A stretch of 64,000 nucleotides of DNA from a virus. The notes below the pieces were generated by a model that was not told the DNA's origin, did no database searches, and saw only the letters and a program-made list of their open reading frames with translations. Position 1 is the first letter of the stretch. Every line of letters starts with the position of its first letter. The position numbers were made by a program, and so were the translations under genes. Positions 45,652-55,690 of this stretch are shown piece after piece. The stretch is taken from the IMG/VR virus record IMGVR_UViG_3300044655_001360; one strand, 5' to 3'.

Positions 45652-46644
45652 TTACCAAATAAATCTTGTTTCTTTCCAATTTCTGTTGTATTCACTACCC
45701 ACGGAACTGAAGAAATCATGGAGAGTTGACCCATTGATATCACGGAAAAACCATTCTGCAATTGGATTATATGCTGGTTTGAAAATAGCTTTGTAACCTA
45801 AGTTTTTCAAGCAGTCATCTAATCTGGATTCTACAAAATGAATCAATTGTTTATCTGAAATACCACGTATTGGTCCTTTTTCAAATATCTTATTAATGAT
45901 AACAGTTTCATGCTCAAGTATCAACTTAGCAGTTTCGACTAAATCATCTTTTAGTTTTGCTAATTCTTCTTCAGTTAACGCAGTATCAGCAATAGCCTCT
46001 GATAACAAAGTTCTGAATAACCAAGCACCTGCTTGACTGTGCAAGGTTTCATCAATCGCTGAGAAATTGATCCCTGCATTGATATTGATCAGTTTTGACT
46101 TACCTACGCTATTGAAGTGCTTTAAGAAAGCAAATGAACTGTAAAGAATTGCACCTTCAATCATAGAGAAGATACCAACTGACTTTAAGATATTGTAAAC
46201 TGTATCACGTTTTTCGGTACGTTTACCAATCCATGCCATACGATTTTTTAGAACTTCATCGTTCATGTAATCACTATAGAACTCGTCCGTATCTAAACCT
46301 AATACTTCGTTAATTTTGTTATAGAAAGGGGCATGGACTCCTAATTCCATAAATGAGAAGGTGGCTGCCATTCTTTGGATATCTGGTCTTGGGAATACTT
46401 TAGAAACGTAGTTTTGCCAGTAATCATTACCAACAGATAACTCATATATTGTAAACAATTTTAGAGTTGAGATAACTCCATGATATTCTGATTCGGTGAA
46501 AGTTGTTTTCATGTCATGAAGGTCTTTTTCAACCTCGATTTCACCTGGTAGCCAAAAGACTTCGGCTTGTTGTTCTGCAAACTCAATTGCAGTAGGATAA
46601 TCGACAGTGTATGTCGATTTTTCAGTTAAGATTCTGATTGCCAT
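45652..46644 (-). CDS. nrdB: Class I ribonucleotide reductase beta subunit
   Basis: FW.P.EI....D, E..VH..FY, EG..LYSSF, DE.LH, DFF. Confidence 0.93.
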   Translation of the reverse strand: MAIRILTEKSTYTVDYPTAIEFAEQQAEVFWLPGEIEVEKDLHDMKTTFTESEYHGVISTLKLFTIYELSVGNDYWQNYVSKVFPRPDIQRMAATFSFMELGVHAPFYNKINEVLGLDTDEFYSDYMNDEVLKNRMAWIGKRTEKRDTVYNILKSVGIFSMIEGAILYSSFAFLKHFNSVGKSKLININAGINFSAIDETLHSQAGAWLFRTLLSEAIADTALTEEELAKLKDDLVETAKLILEHETVIINKIFEKGPIRGISDKQLIHFVESRLDDCLKNLGYKAIFKPAYNPIAEWFFRDINGSTLHDFFSSVGSEYNRNWKETRFIW

Positions 46645-46792
46645 GTTTGCCTCTATTGATTGTATGATATTTAGGCTAGAAAGAGAATCACCGCACTAGA
46701 TTTAGTACGGTGAAAGGTAGAGTTTACTACAATTGTTACAGCTTGTAAATGAAAGATTTTAAAATACCATTCACATATGTAAAGATGAAATT

Positions 46793-49700
46793 TTAAGGCA
46801 TATTAGCAAATGCATTGGTTATTTTAAACATATTTGAAAGGTAACCACCATTAGCAACTGATACCCAAACGTCATAAAAATAAATCCCTAATGATGATAA
46901 ATCTGATGACGAGAATGTAACAACAGTATTCCCTGCCGTGCTGGTAATGGATCCTGATGCGGATGCATCCGCTGGTGCATTCGGATTTGATATTAAGAAT
47001 ACGGTGACCGTTGCTCCTGGTATAGTATTTGAACTAGATACCGTTATAGTTCCACCTGCCGCTCTTTCAGCAGCCGTGAGTGTATCACCCCAGCTGATAT
47101 TGGTAATTCCAGATACAACCGGTACAAAATCTAACTTGAATCCAACAGTAAAATCAGCACCACTACTTTCATTACCAAATGAATCCGTAGCCTTAGCAAA
47201 TACAGAATACGTATATCCACCATATACCATTCCATAAAAATGAGCCGCAGGTATAGCCGCTGATGCGAAGTTATTAGATACGGTTGTAGTATATTCAGGC
47301 CATACGACAGGCCAATCATCTGGGAACGCATACGAAGTGCTCATATCATAGTGCATTCTAATAGAAAATGTCACCGAACCACCATTATCAACACCGGCTG
47401 TCGTTGCTGTGACAGTTCCACCAGCCGAAGCCCCTACTGCATCAAGCGAACTACCCCAACTTTTCGTGACTGTATTAACGGCTGCATATGAATCTAAACT
47501 AACACTAATACCAGGACTTTTTCCACTTTCATTCCCAACATCATCTAATAATGCATACTTAAACGTCCAAGTGGTATCTACCAGTGTTCCATATGTAGAA
47601 GCTGGTGTTGCAAATGTTAAAATAACTTTCGATGAATCATTTGGGTCTACTGTGTGTGTAGTTGTGAATACTGTTTCAGGTTGACCAGTTGCGGTGGCGT
47701 ATACACGATACCAAGTAATACCACTGTAATTATTAACTTTCAACCCAGTGATATAGTTAACAACAGCCGACGTGCCAAAAACCCCTGTTTGATCTACATA
47801 TGAATATGGTGCAACTAGTGGTGTAGTTGGTGGTGTTGTGTCAATCGTAATAGTGAATGCGGGGCTTTGCCCACTTTCATTACCGGCTTCATCAATTATT
47901 GAATAAGTTAATGTATGTGTTCCATCTGATAATGGGGTGATTGGTGTTAATATACCATTAATAGAATCATATACAGATGCAACTAACACGGTATCAACGT
48001 ATAGGATTGGTGTGTCTGTTATTCCTGCTGGTATAGACAAGCTAGGGATTGTGTCATCGGTGGCTGTTCCAGTACCATTAAAAGATTGCAAATAACCAAC
48101 GTCATCATAATACCCAGTGGGTGCGCTGTCTGGAGTATTCGGTGTTACCGTATCAAGTGTGATGGTTAACCCAGCACTCATGGGTGACGTGTTTCCATTT
48201 ATATCATCAATCGTATATCTGAATGTATATATTCCACCATATACCACTGGGTTATCCAGTGATAAGGTTCCAGCAACCGAGTTGTATGTAGACGATGCAA
48301 ATGATCCATTTATATATAATTTTGGATTTGATAGTCCAGTAGTAACATGTAACGTCGGGGTTGGATCGTTAGAAACGTCCTCGGTGCTATAAGTATTAGT
48401 AACTGCAAGTACATCATCGATGTATGACAATATTACCGGTGGTCTTTCATCTCCTATCAAATAGCAAGTCTCAATAAGAGGATCGGTCACTGTTGTCATA
48501 CTATCAGTTGTCATGGTCATCGATAATTCTGGAACCGTGTATGTTAACGGTGTTAATTCACCAGTACTTTCCATTAAAGTACTGGTGATATCAGTATAAT
48601 AATCAGAATAGTCAGTGTATGACAATGCTACATAGCCAGTAGCATAAGCACCATTTTGTGAACCGTCAACCCGTAGCTTTATAATAGGTGAACCAGTTAT
48701 TGTGCCATTGGAAGCGTTAGTGGAAGCGTTAGTGACTGTGAGGTAAATGAATTTTTCATCTGCGAAAATTGAATTTCCAACTGTAGAAACACCAGAAGAA
48801 AGTTCGTTTATCCAATGAAGTCTACCATCGGTAGTCCAGTGTGAAATAGTAAGTAGTGCACCTGAACCACTGCCACATAATAAATACAAATTATCACCAT
48901 AACAAGCAAGTTTTGGTGATGTATAATTACCTGCTAGAGTATACCCATCGTTGGATCGTGTCGTCCGTTTCCATAAGAGTTGACCAGCTGGGTTATATTT
49001 CAATATATACACAGCGCTAGCATACCCTGTTACATATACATTACCATCACCATCGGTTGTTACCGAAGTATGTAATCCTACCATTGATTTTTGCCATTGA
49101 AAAACACCGGAAGTATTGTATTTTATAAGAAATCCGGTAAACGAAGGATAATAACTATACGTAGCCACATATACATTAGCCGAGTTAACCGTGATAGAGA
49201 GACCTTCATCCCACAACCCAGAGTTAAGCGTGTGTTTCCATAATTGAGACCCACTAGAACTATATTTCGCTATAATTACATCCCGGGAAGATGTATTGAA
49301 ATTATCACTGCATGTACCAACCATGTAAACGTTACCAGCACTATCAGTTGCTATTGATTGACCAATATCATCACCAGTATTAGCTGGTCGCGTTGTTTTA
49401 TTTCCTAGCATTTTAGCCCATTGGAAATCACCAGATGAATTAGCTTTTCCAACTAATGTATTTTTATAAAATACATTATACGTACCATCATATTGTTCTT
49501 GTGTATAACCAGTAAAAAATATATTATCGGAACTATCTATACACATTGCGAAAGATACATCATCGAGCGGACTATTTAGATAATTTCCACCACCATCACC
49601 AATTGCGGTATTTGTTAATTGGTTTTGCCATTGTAGTATTCCGTGTTTGTTGAATTTTGCAATATGTATATCATATGATCCATTATTATACGGAGCATAA

Positions 49701-52700
49701 TATACAAATCCATAACCGACTACAAAAACATCACCGTTACTATTAACTGCGGAGCCATGCCAGTCAGTCCACACCGTACCTTGATTGTTAATTATCGAAA
49801 CCCAACCGCCTGGCGTATAATCAACATAGAACGTAGATGTAATGGACGATGATGTATTACCAGCAAGATCGGTTGCTGTTGTTGTCAACGATGCATTTGC
49901 TTTGTTTGTTAGACCAGTCAATGCATTAGCTGGGATGGTAACGGTACCGCTGTTACTATTAACAGTTCCTGTATATGTGGTTCCATTCATAACTACTGAT
50001 ATGGTCTGTCCATCTTCCATTCCAGAAGTGTCCACCGTGACAGTGGCAGTTCTAAATGACTCACCGTAATCGAGGGTACCACCCCAACTCAATGTAACAG
50101 TTGATATAGTCGGAGCGATCGTATCAATAATCAAACGCAACGCTGGACTTAGGCTACTTTCATTACCAGCCGCATCAGTTAATGTGTAAGTGAAATCATA
50201 GGTACCATCAGTTAAACCAGTATCGGGTGTTAATGTACCAGCAACCGAATCGTAGGTTGCCGCAGTTAATGTACCATTAACATAAAATTTTATAATATCA
50301 GCAATGTTAGTTCCAATATTCATACCAGGCGTTGTATCATCGGTATACATTGAACTATTCGTGTCACTTTGTATACTACCAACGATATCTTTATACGTAG
50401 TTGGTGCTGGTGTTACTGGTGGTGTTGCATCGATTGTGAAGCTAATCGCTGGACTTTGCCCACTTTCATTACCAGCAGCATCTGTTAATGTATATGTGAA
50501 ACTTTTCAATCCATCAGATACTGCTGAATTTGGTGTTAATGTGCCAGTAACTGCATCGTAAGTTGCAGCTGTTAACGTACCATTAACATACAATTTGGGT
50601 GTATTTATTAAGCCGTACCCAATATTGATGCCTGGTTTGTTATCGTTAGTCAGTGGTGCAACACTGGTTGCATTTGTGAATGCAACGACATCATCTGCGT
50701 AAGACGCAGGTGCATTGGCGGGTGCTAATGGTGCTTGGGTATCAATTACAATGGTAATTGCTGGGCTATGCGCACTTTCATTACCAGCAGCATCTGAAAG
50801 GGTATACGTAAAATCATAGGTTCCATCAGCTAATGCTACATTTGGTGTAATTGCCCCAGTTCCTGAATTGTAGGTTGCTGGTATTAGCAAATGATTAGCG
50901 TATAATTTAGGAATACTTGTGATACCAGTACCAATCTTAATACCAGGTCTTGTATCATCGGTGGTCACTGCAACGCTTGAGTTACTGGTAATACTACCAA
51001 CATCATCAATGTACGAGGCTGGTGCAGTAAGTGGGTTACTTGGTGCAACGGTATCGATTGTTATGCTTAGTGCTGCACTTGGTAAACTTGTATTACCGGA
51101 AGCATCAGTTAGCGTGTAGGTGAAACTATAAGTACCATCAATCAATGCAACATTTGGAGTTAACGTACCTGCATTTGAATCATACGTTGCAGCAGTTAAA
51201 ATACCACCAACATATAATTTTGGTGTATCTATTATACCAGTTCCGATATTCATACCAGGTCTAGTATCATCAGTAACCGCAGCAGTGCTAGTTGTACTTT
51301 GTATTGTACCAACGTTATCAGTATATGAAGTTAATGAAAGACCTGTTGGTACCGATGTATCAATGGTCATGCTAATTATTGGACTTTTTCCGCTTTCATT
51401 ACCAGCATCGTCAGATAATGTATAAGTGATGTTCTTTAATCCGTCAGATAATGGTGAATTTGGTGTTAATGTACCATCAACCGAATTATAAGTCGCTGCA
51501 GTTAGTATATTATTAACATACAATTTTACGGTTGATGTTATTCCCGTACCAACATTGATACCGGGTGTTGAATCATCAGTTAACATCGCAACACTAGTGC
51601 TACTTGTAATAGAACCGACATTGTCAACATAAGACAACGGTGCGCTGCTTGGTGTCGATGGTGACACGGTGTCGATAATGATAGTCAATGATGGGCTCAT
51701 TAAACTCTCATTACCGGCTGCATCAGTTGCTTTATAACTAAAAATATATGAACCGTCGGTTAACGCATTATCTGGTGTTAATGTACCAGCAGCCGAATTG
51801 TAAGTAGCTAGTACCCGTGAACCGTTGATGTATAGTTTGAAAGTGTCGGTAGAACCAATACCAACATTCATTCCAGGTCTGGTATCATCGGTTGTTGCCG
51901 CTGTGCTAGAAGTGCTCGTAATACTACCAATGTCATCAGTATATGATGTTAACGCCACTGTTGGTGCTGTTGTATCTATTGTAATAGCCAATACAGGGCT
52001 TGGTATACTTTCATTACCAATGGAATCGGTTAATGTGTATGTGAAATTATACGAGCCATCCGCTAATTGGACTTTGGGTGTTAACACCCCAGTTGCAGCT
52101 GCATAGATCGAATCAACAAGGATGTTATCGATGTACATTTTCGGGGTATCCGCCAACTTTATACCGACATTTAACCCAGGTGTTGTATCATCAGTTGTAG
52201 TTGCAATACTAGTTGCACTTGCGATACTACCCACATTATCAAGGTATGACGTTAAACTTGGTGTTGCTGGTGGTGTTCCATCAATTGTATTCACCACATC
52301 GGCAGGTGATTCATTTCCTGCAGCATCGGTTACTACGATAGAACCTTTAAATCCTTCAGTAACACCACCTGGGAATGAACTAGCTGGAATTGTCCAATTA
52401 CCATTCATATCTGCAAATGTAAATGCAACCTCGGCACCAGTGCTATCTCTCAACGAGATTCGCGATCCAGCGTCTGCGGTACCTGCCAAACCATATGAGT
52501 TTGCTGATGCTATAATTGGTGCAACTGGTGGTGTGCCATCGATACTTGATATGGTAACAGAAGTTGATATATTACCGAACGTATCAACTGCGTAACAAGA
52601 ACCAATAAAACCGTCAGCGATTCCACCAGGGAAATTCGCGGCAAGTATTGACCATGTCCCATCATTTAATACAATAGCCGAAGCCACTTCAACTAACGAA

Positions 52701-54007
52701 CTGTTTAGCATTTTAATAGTATACCCAGCTACCGAAGTACCAGTTAATCCTAGTTTATTTGCAGTAACAATAACCTGTGCCGCTGGTGCTGTACCGATGA
52801 TAGGTAGTACTGCAGTTGGTGTTGAGGTGCCAATTGTATTGGTTGCAGTACATGTACCACTAAATCCATTAGTTATACCACCTGGAAAATCCGCAGCTGG
52901 TATTGACCAGTTACCATTAATATCAGTTACCGTAGTCGCTACAACTGTGCCAGTACCATCCATTAATTTTATCGTCGAACCAGCCTCTGCGGTTCCAGCT
53001 AATTGTATCGAATTTGATGTTGTAATAACAGGTGGTAATGGAGCCTGTGTGTTCAAATTAGTAAGAGTTGTTTTTGCTGATGTATTACCGTTTGGGTCAG
53101 TTGCAGTAATATACCCAGTGAACCCATTCGTAGTTCCACCTGGAAAGCTAGATGCTGGTATTGACCAGTTACCAGAACCATCAGCGATAACTGTTGCTAA
53201 TAAGTTACCGGATGCATCGTATAAATTAATAGTTGAACCAGGTTCAGCAACCCCAGAAATACCACTAGCGGAAATCGCGGTGGGGGATGGTCTAGTCGGT
53301 GGTGTTGCGTCAATTGGTCCAACGGCTAATGGCACTGATTCGTTACCAGCCGCGTCAGTTGCAGTTACTGTTCCAACAAAACCACTAGTTGTTCCACCTG
53401 TAAAACTAGATGCTGGTATTGTCCAATTACCCAGCGCATCCACCGTTGTAACAGCAACCGAAGAACCTGAACTATTTCTTAACGTAATAGTTGAACCTGG
53501 TTCTGCGGTTCCAGTAATACCTGTTGCATTTTGTGACGTGATTACTGGAATATTAGGTGCAACACCGTCTATCGGACCAACAGAAGAGGTCTGTGATACA
53601 TTTCCATTCGGATCAACGACACTAACCGACCCTGTAAAACCATTAGAAGTACCGCCAGGAAACATAGATGCCGGGATATTCCAATGACCGGATGCATCAA
53701 CTTCAACTTCTGCTATTAGGTTTCCATTCGCATCATATAATCTAATTTTTGATCCAGGAACGCCGGTACCAGTCATACCGTACTGATTAATGGTTCCAGG
53801 AACAGGTGAGACTGGTGGTGGGCTGCTCTGTGTATGAACAATTTTAGACTCTTCGATAGTAGTACCATCCGCTAAATGCGCAATAATAGTAACCGTATAA
53901 TCTGTATCGTTTGCTAATCCAGTAAAAATAGCTGGAGGTTGCAAGTTACCAGTAATTACTGGATTGCCTGGGGTTGGTTGATATGGAACTGGTATATTTG
54001 TAGTCAT
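46793..54007 (-). CDS. Giant (2404 aa) Ig-repeat adhesin-like virion protein
   Basis: ~6 GTAEPGS.I.L....G.W.IP repeats, many Y.D.VG...TDDT.PG...GNES repeats, beta-propeller-like block. Confidence 0.85.
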   Translation of the reverse strand: MTTNIPVPYQPTPGNPVITGNLQPPAIFTGLANDTDYTVTIIAHLADGTTIEESKIVHTQSSPPPVSPVPGTINQYGMTGTGVPGSKIRLYDANGNLIAEVEVDASGHWNIPASMFPGGTSNGFTGSVSVVDPNGNVSQTSSVGPIDGVAPNIPVITSQNATGITGTAEPGSTITLRNSSGSSVAVTTVDALGNWTIPASSFTGGTTSGFVGTVTATDAAGNESVPLAVGPIDATPPTRPSPTAISASGISGVAEPGSTINLYDASGNLLATVIADGSGNWSIPASSFPGGTTNGFTGYITATDPNGNTSAKTTLTNLNTQAPLPPVITTSNSIQLAGTAEAGSTIKLMDGTGTVVATTVTDINGNWSIPAADFPGGITNGFSGTCTATNTIGTSTPTAVLPIIGTAPAAQVIVTANKLGLTGTSVAGYTIKMLNSSLVEVASAIVLNDGTWSILAANFPGGIADGFIGSCYAVDTFGNISTSVTISSIDGTPPVAPIIASANSYGLAGTADAGSRISLRDSTGAEVAFTFADMNGNWTIPASSFPGGVTEGFKGSIVVTDAAGNESPADVVNTIDGTPPATPSLTSYLDNVGSIASATSIATTTDDTTPGLNVGIKLADTPKMYIDNILVDSIYAAATGVLTPKVQLADGSYNFTYTLTDSIGNESIPSPVLAITIDTTAPTVALTSYTDDIGSITSTSSTAATTDDTRPGMNVGIGSTDTFKLYINGSRVLATYNSAAGTLTPDNALTDGSYIFSYKATDAAGNESLMSPSLTIIIDTVSPSTPSSAPLSYVDNVGSITSSTSVAMLTDDSTPGINVGTGITSTVKLYVNNILTAATYNSVDGTLTPNSPLSDGLKNITYTLSDDAGNESGKSPIISMTIDTSVPTGLSLTSYTDNVGTIQSTTSTAAVTDDTRPGMNIGTGIIDTPKLYVGGILTAATYDSNAGTLTPNVALIDGTYSFTYTLTDASGNTSLPSAALSITIDTVAPSNPLTAPASYIDDVGSITSNSSVAVTTDDTRPGIKIGTGITSIPKLYANHLLIPATYNSGTGAITPNVALADGTYDFTYTLSDAAGNESAHSPAITIVIDTQAPLAPANAPASYADDVVAFTNATSVAPLTNDNKPGINIGYGLINTPKLYVNGTLTAATYDAVTGTLTPNSAVSDGLKSFTYTLTDAAGNESGQSPAISFTIDATPPVTPAPTTYKDIVGSIQSDTNSSMYTDDTTPGMNIGTNIADIIKFYVNGTLTAATYDSVAGTLTPDTGLTDGTYDFTYTLTDAAGNESSLSPALRLIIDTIAPTISTVTLSWGGTLDYGESFRTATVTVDTSGMEDGQTISVVMNGTTYTGTVNSNSGTVTIPANALTGLTNKANASLTTTATDLAGNTSSSITSTFYVDYTPGGWVSIINNQGTVWTDWHGSAVNSNGDVFVVGYGFVYYAPYNNGSYDIHIAKFNKHGILQWQNQLTNTAIGDGGGNYLNSPLDDVSFAMCIDSSDNIFFTGYTQEQYDGTYNVFYKNTLVGKANSSGDFQWAKMLGNKTTRPANTGDDIGQSIATDSAGNVYMVGTCSDNFNTSSRDVIIAKYSSSGSQLWKHTLNSGLWDEGLSITVNSANVYVATYSYYPSFTGFLIKYNTSGVFQWQKSMVGLHTSVTTDGDGNVYVTGYASAVYILKYNPAGQLLWKRTTRSNDGYTLAGNYTSPKLACYGDNLYLLCGSGSGALLTISHWTTDGRLHWINELSSGVSTVGNSIFADEKFIYLTVTNASTNASNGTITGSPIIKLRVDGSQNGAYATGYVALSYTDYSDYYTDITSTLMESTGELTPLTYTVPELSMTMTTDSMTTVTDPLIETCYLIGDERPPVILSYIDDVLAVTNTYSTEDVSNDPTPTLHVTTGLSNPKLYINGSFASSTYNSVAGTLSLDNPVVYGGIYTFRYTIDDINGNTSPMSAGLTITLDTVTPNTPDSAPTGYYDDVGYLQSFNGTGTATDDTIPSLSIPAGITDTPILYVDTVLVASVYDSINGILTPITPLSDGTHTLTYSIIDEAGNESGQSPAFTITIDTTPPTTPLVAPYSYVDQTGVFGTSAVVNYITGLKVNNYSGITWYRVYATATGQPETVFTTTHTVDPNDSSKVILTFATPASTYGTLVDTTWTFKYALLDDVGNESGKSPGISVSLDSYAAVNTVTKSWGSSLDAVGASAGGTVTATTAGVDNGGSVTFSIRMHYDMSTSYAFPDDWPVVWPEYTTTVSNNFASAAIPAAHFYGMVYGGYTYSVFAKATDSFGNESSGADFTVGFKLDFVPVVSGITNISWGDTLTAAERAAGGTITVSSSNTIPGATVTVFLISNPNAPADASASGSITSTAGNTVVTFSSSDLSSLGIYFYDVWVSVANGGYLSNMFKITNAFANMP

Positions 54008-54008
54008 A

Positions 54009-55640
54009 TTATTCGATAGTTAACGAGTATCCTGTTACTGGAGTTCCATTTGGTGCACCATTTGGATTCCAGTTGGTGAAGATTTGTTGGTTTCCACCAA
54101 TCGCTTGGAATTGCATTGGTACGACAACTGATTTGATACTACCGTATGATACCCTATACGATAGTTCGCCTGCATGCCCTGACTCGTTTTTGTATGTTAG
54201 TACAATCGAACCAAGTGAGCTAGTGATACTAGCATTAAATTCAACGCGTTGTGTCACGTCAGTCCCAGTCATATTATAAATTGGTGTGGCATGAAAATAA
54301 TTATCAACCACGGTGACTGCCTGTGGGGATTCCGTTAAATCACCAACGGTAATATTAATTTTCCCAATACGAATAAACTCACCCATTGTAATACCATACT
54401 CAACTATTATAAAATCTGCATTGCTACTAAATGCAGTAAGTGCATTGGTGTTAGTGTTACCGGGAATGAATTTGACTGGAATATAATCAATATAATTAGA
54501 ATTGCTGCTGTTTTCTGATTCTGGTATTATATCAGTTGCAGCTGTTAATGCGAGACCAACCGCTTCTCGTCTGTCACATGAACAGTTATGTAATACATTG
54601 TTATCAACGTCACCAAATGCAACGATGATATCTGTTGGTGTTGCCGCAGTACCTATTCCATTACCGCATCTACGAAAAGATGAATTGCGAACCAACATGT
54701 TCTTACCACGGGATACACTAATCGCACGTTCATAGATATCAGAAAATACGCAGTCGCTAATGACCCAACGGTTACTCTGTCCGACTACACCGTTAATCGA
54801 TATACCACGATAGCAATTTGTAAACTCGCAATTTTGGAATTTGACGTTCGTTTCAAACGAATCGCGTTGAACCGCGTAAACACACGTGTTTACCGTATCA
54901 AATTTGCAATTAGTAAAAATGACATCATCGACTTTGTAATCGCTTGAATATTCGTTTATCCATGCAATCGCTGGTGTGTGCCAATTGGTGGATTCGGCTG
55001 GGACGTATGCTCCTTTCAGTGTAATATCGGATAACGAACTATCCGTTAACCCAGCAAGATTGAAAATAGTTGCATCTCCAGTAATTGTAAAGTTTTGCAG
55101 TTTAATATCTGATGATTTCCCAGTATTGATCAGAGAATCACCCATTTCTAATATTACGTTATCTCGAGTTTCACCTTTTAATATAACACCGCTTTGTAAT
55201 GACCAACTGCGAGTAAATGTATAAGTTCCGTTAGGAATAGTAATAACTTTTCGGTATTTGTGATCGGCTGCACATAAATCGGTAATTGCGGCTTCAAATG
55301 TATCAGCCCATGAGATATCACCATTCCCATCTTGTTCTATAAAGTCAAGAATAGAAACGTATTCATCTAGTTTTGCTTGTGCTTTTCTTGGGACGCTACT
55401 GGTAATTTCCGGATCAGATGCCATGAATTGGTAAACTGCATCCTCGAATACATTTGAATGTTCTGTTAGTATTTTGGTGTTTCCAACATAGGGAGCACCT
55501 TCTGCGACAGAACCATTACCAATAAACAATTCTTGGGTATCTACGGCCCATGCAAGTTCCGCAGAACTTAATTGAGGAATACCAGTTGCAGGTTTTTGTC
55601 CTCGACGTTGTTGTATTCGGCTAATTTGGATTACTGCCAC
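54009..55640 (-). CDS. Tailspike-like protein with right-handed beta-helix (pectate-lyase-like)
   Basis: VIQISRIQ.RRG...ELAWA.D.QELFIGNG anchor; IPNGTY, LKGE, F.NC.F repeats. Confidence 0.8.
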   Translation of the reverse strand: MAVIQISRIQQRRGQKPATGIPQLSSAELAWAVDTQELFIGNGSVAEGAPYVGNTKILTEHSNVFEDAVYQFMASDPEITSSVPRKAQAKLDEYVSILDFIEQDGNGDISWADTFEAAITDLCAADHKYRKVITIPNGTYTFTRSWSLQSGVILKGETRDNVILEMGDSLINTGKSSDIKLQNFTITGDATIFNLAGLTDSSLSDITLKGAYVPAESTNWHTPAIAWINEYSSDYKVDDVIFTNCKFDTVNTCVYAVQRDSFETNVKFQNCEFTNCYRGISINGVVGQSNRWVISDCVFSDIYERAISVSRGKNMLVRNSSFRRCGNGIGTAATPTDIIVAFGDVDNNVLHNCSCDRREAVGLALTAATDIIPESENSSNSNYIDYIPVKFIPGNTNTNALTAFSSNADFIIVEYGITMGEFIRIGKINITVGDLTESPQAVTVVDNYFHATPIYNMTGTDVTQRVEFNASITSSLGSIVLTYKNESGHAGELSYRVSYGSIKSVVVPMQFQAIGGNQQIFTNWNPNGAPNGTPVTGYSLTIE

Positions 55641-55690
55641 ATTATGTCTCCTAGTAGTATATCTGGTATTTAGCCGATTTTAGGAGAGTT

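Noticed and set aside
46938-55224. Numerous plus-strand ORFs opposite the fibre genes (also 14844-19841 and 33508-34434)
   Set aside because: Antisense shadows of Thr/Gly/Ala-rich repeat genes with biased codon usage
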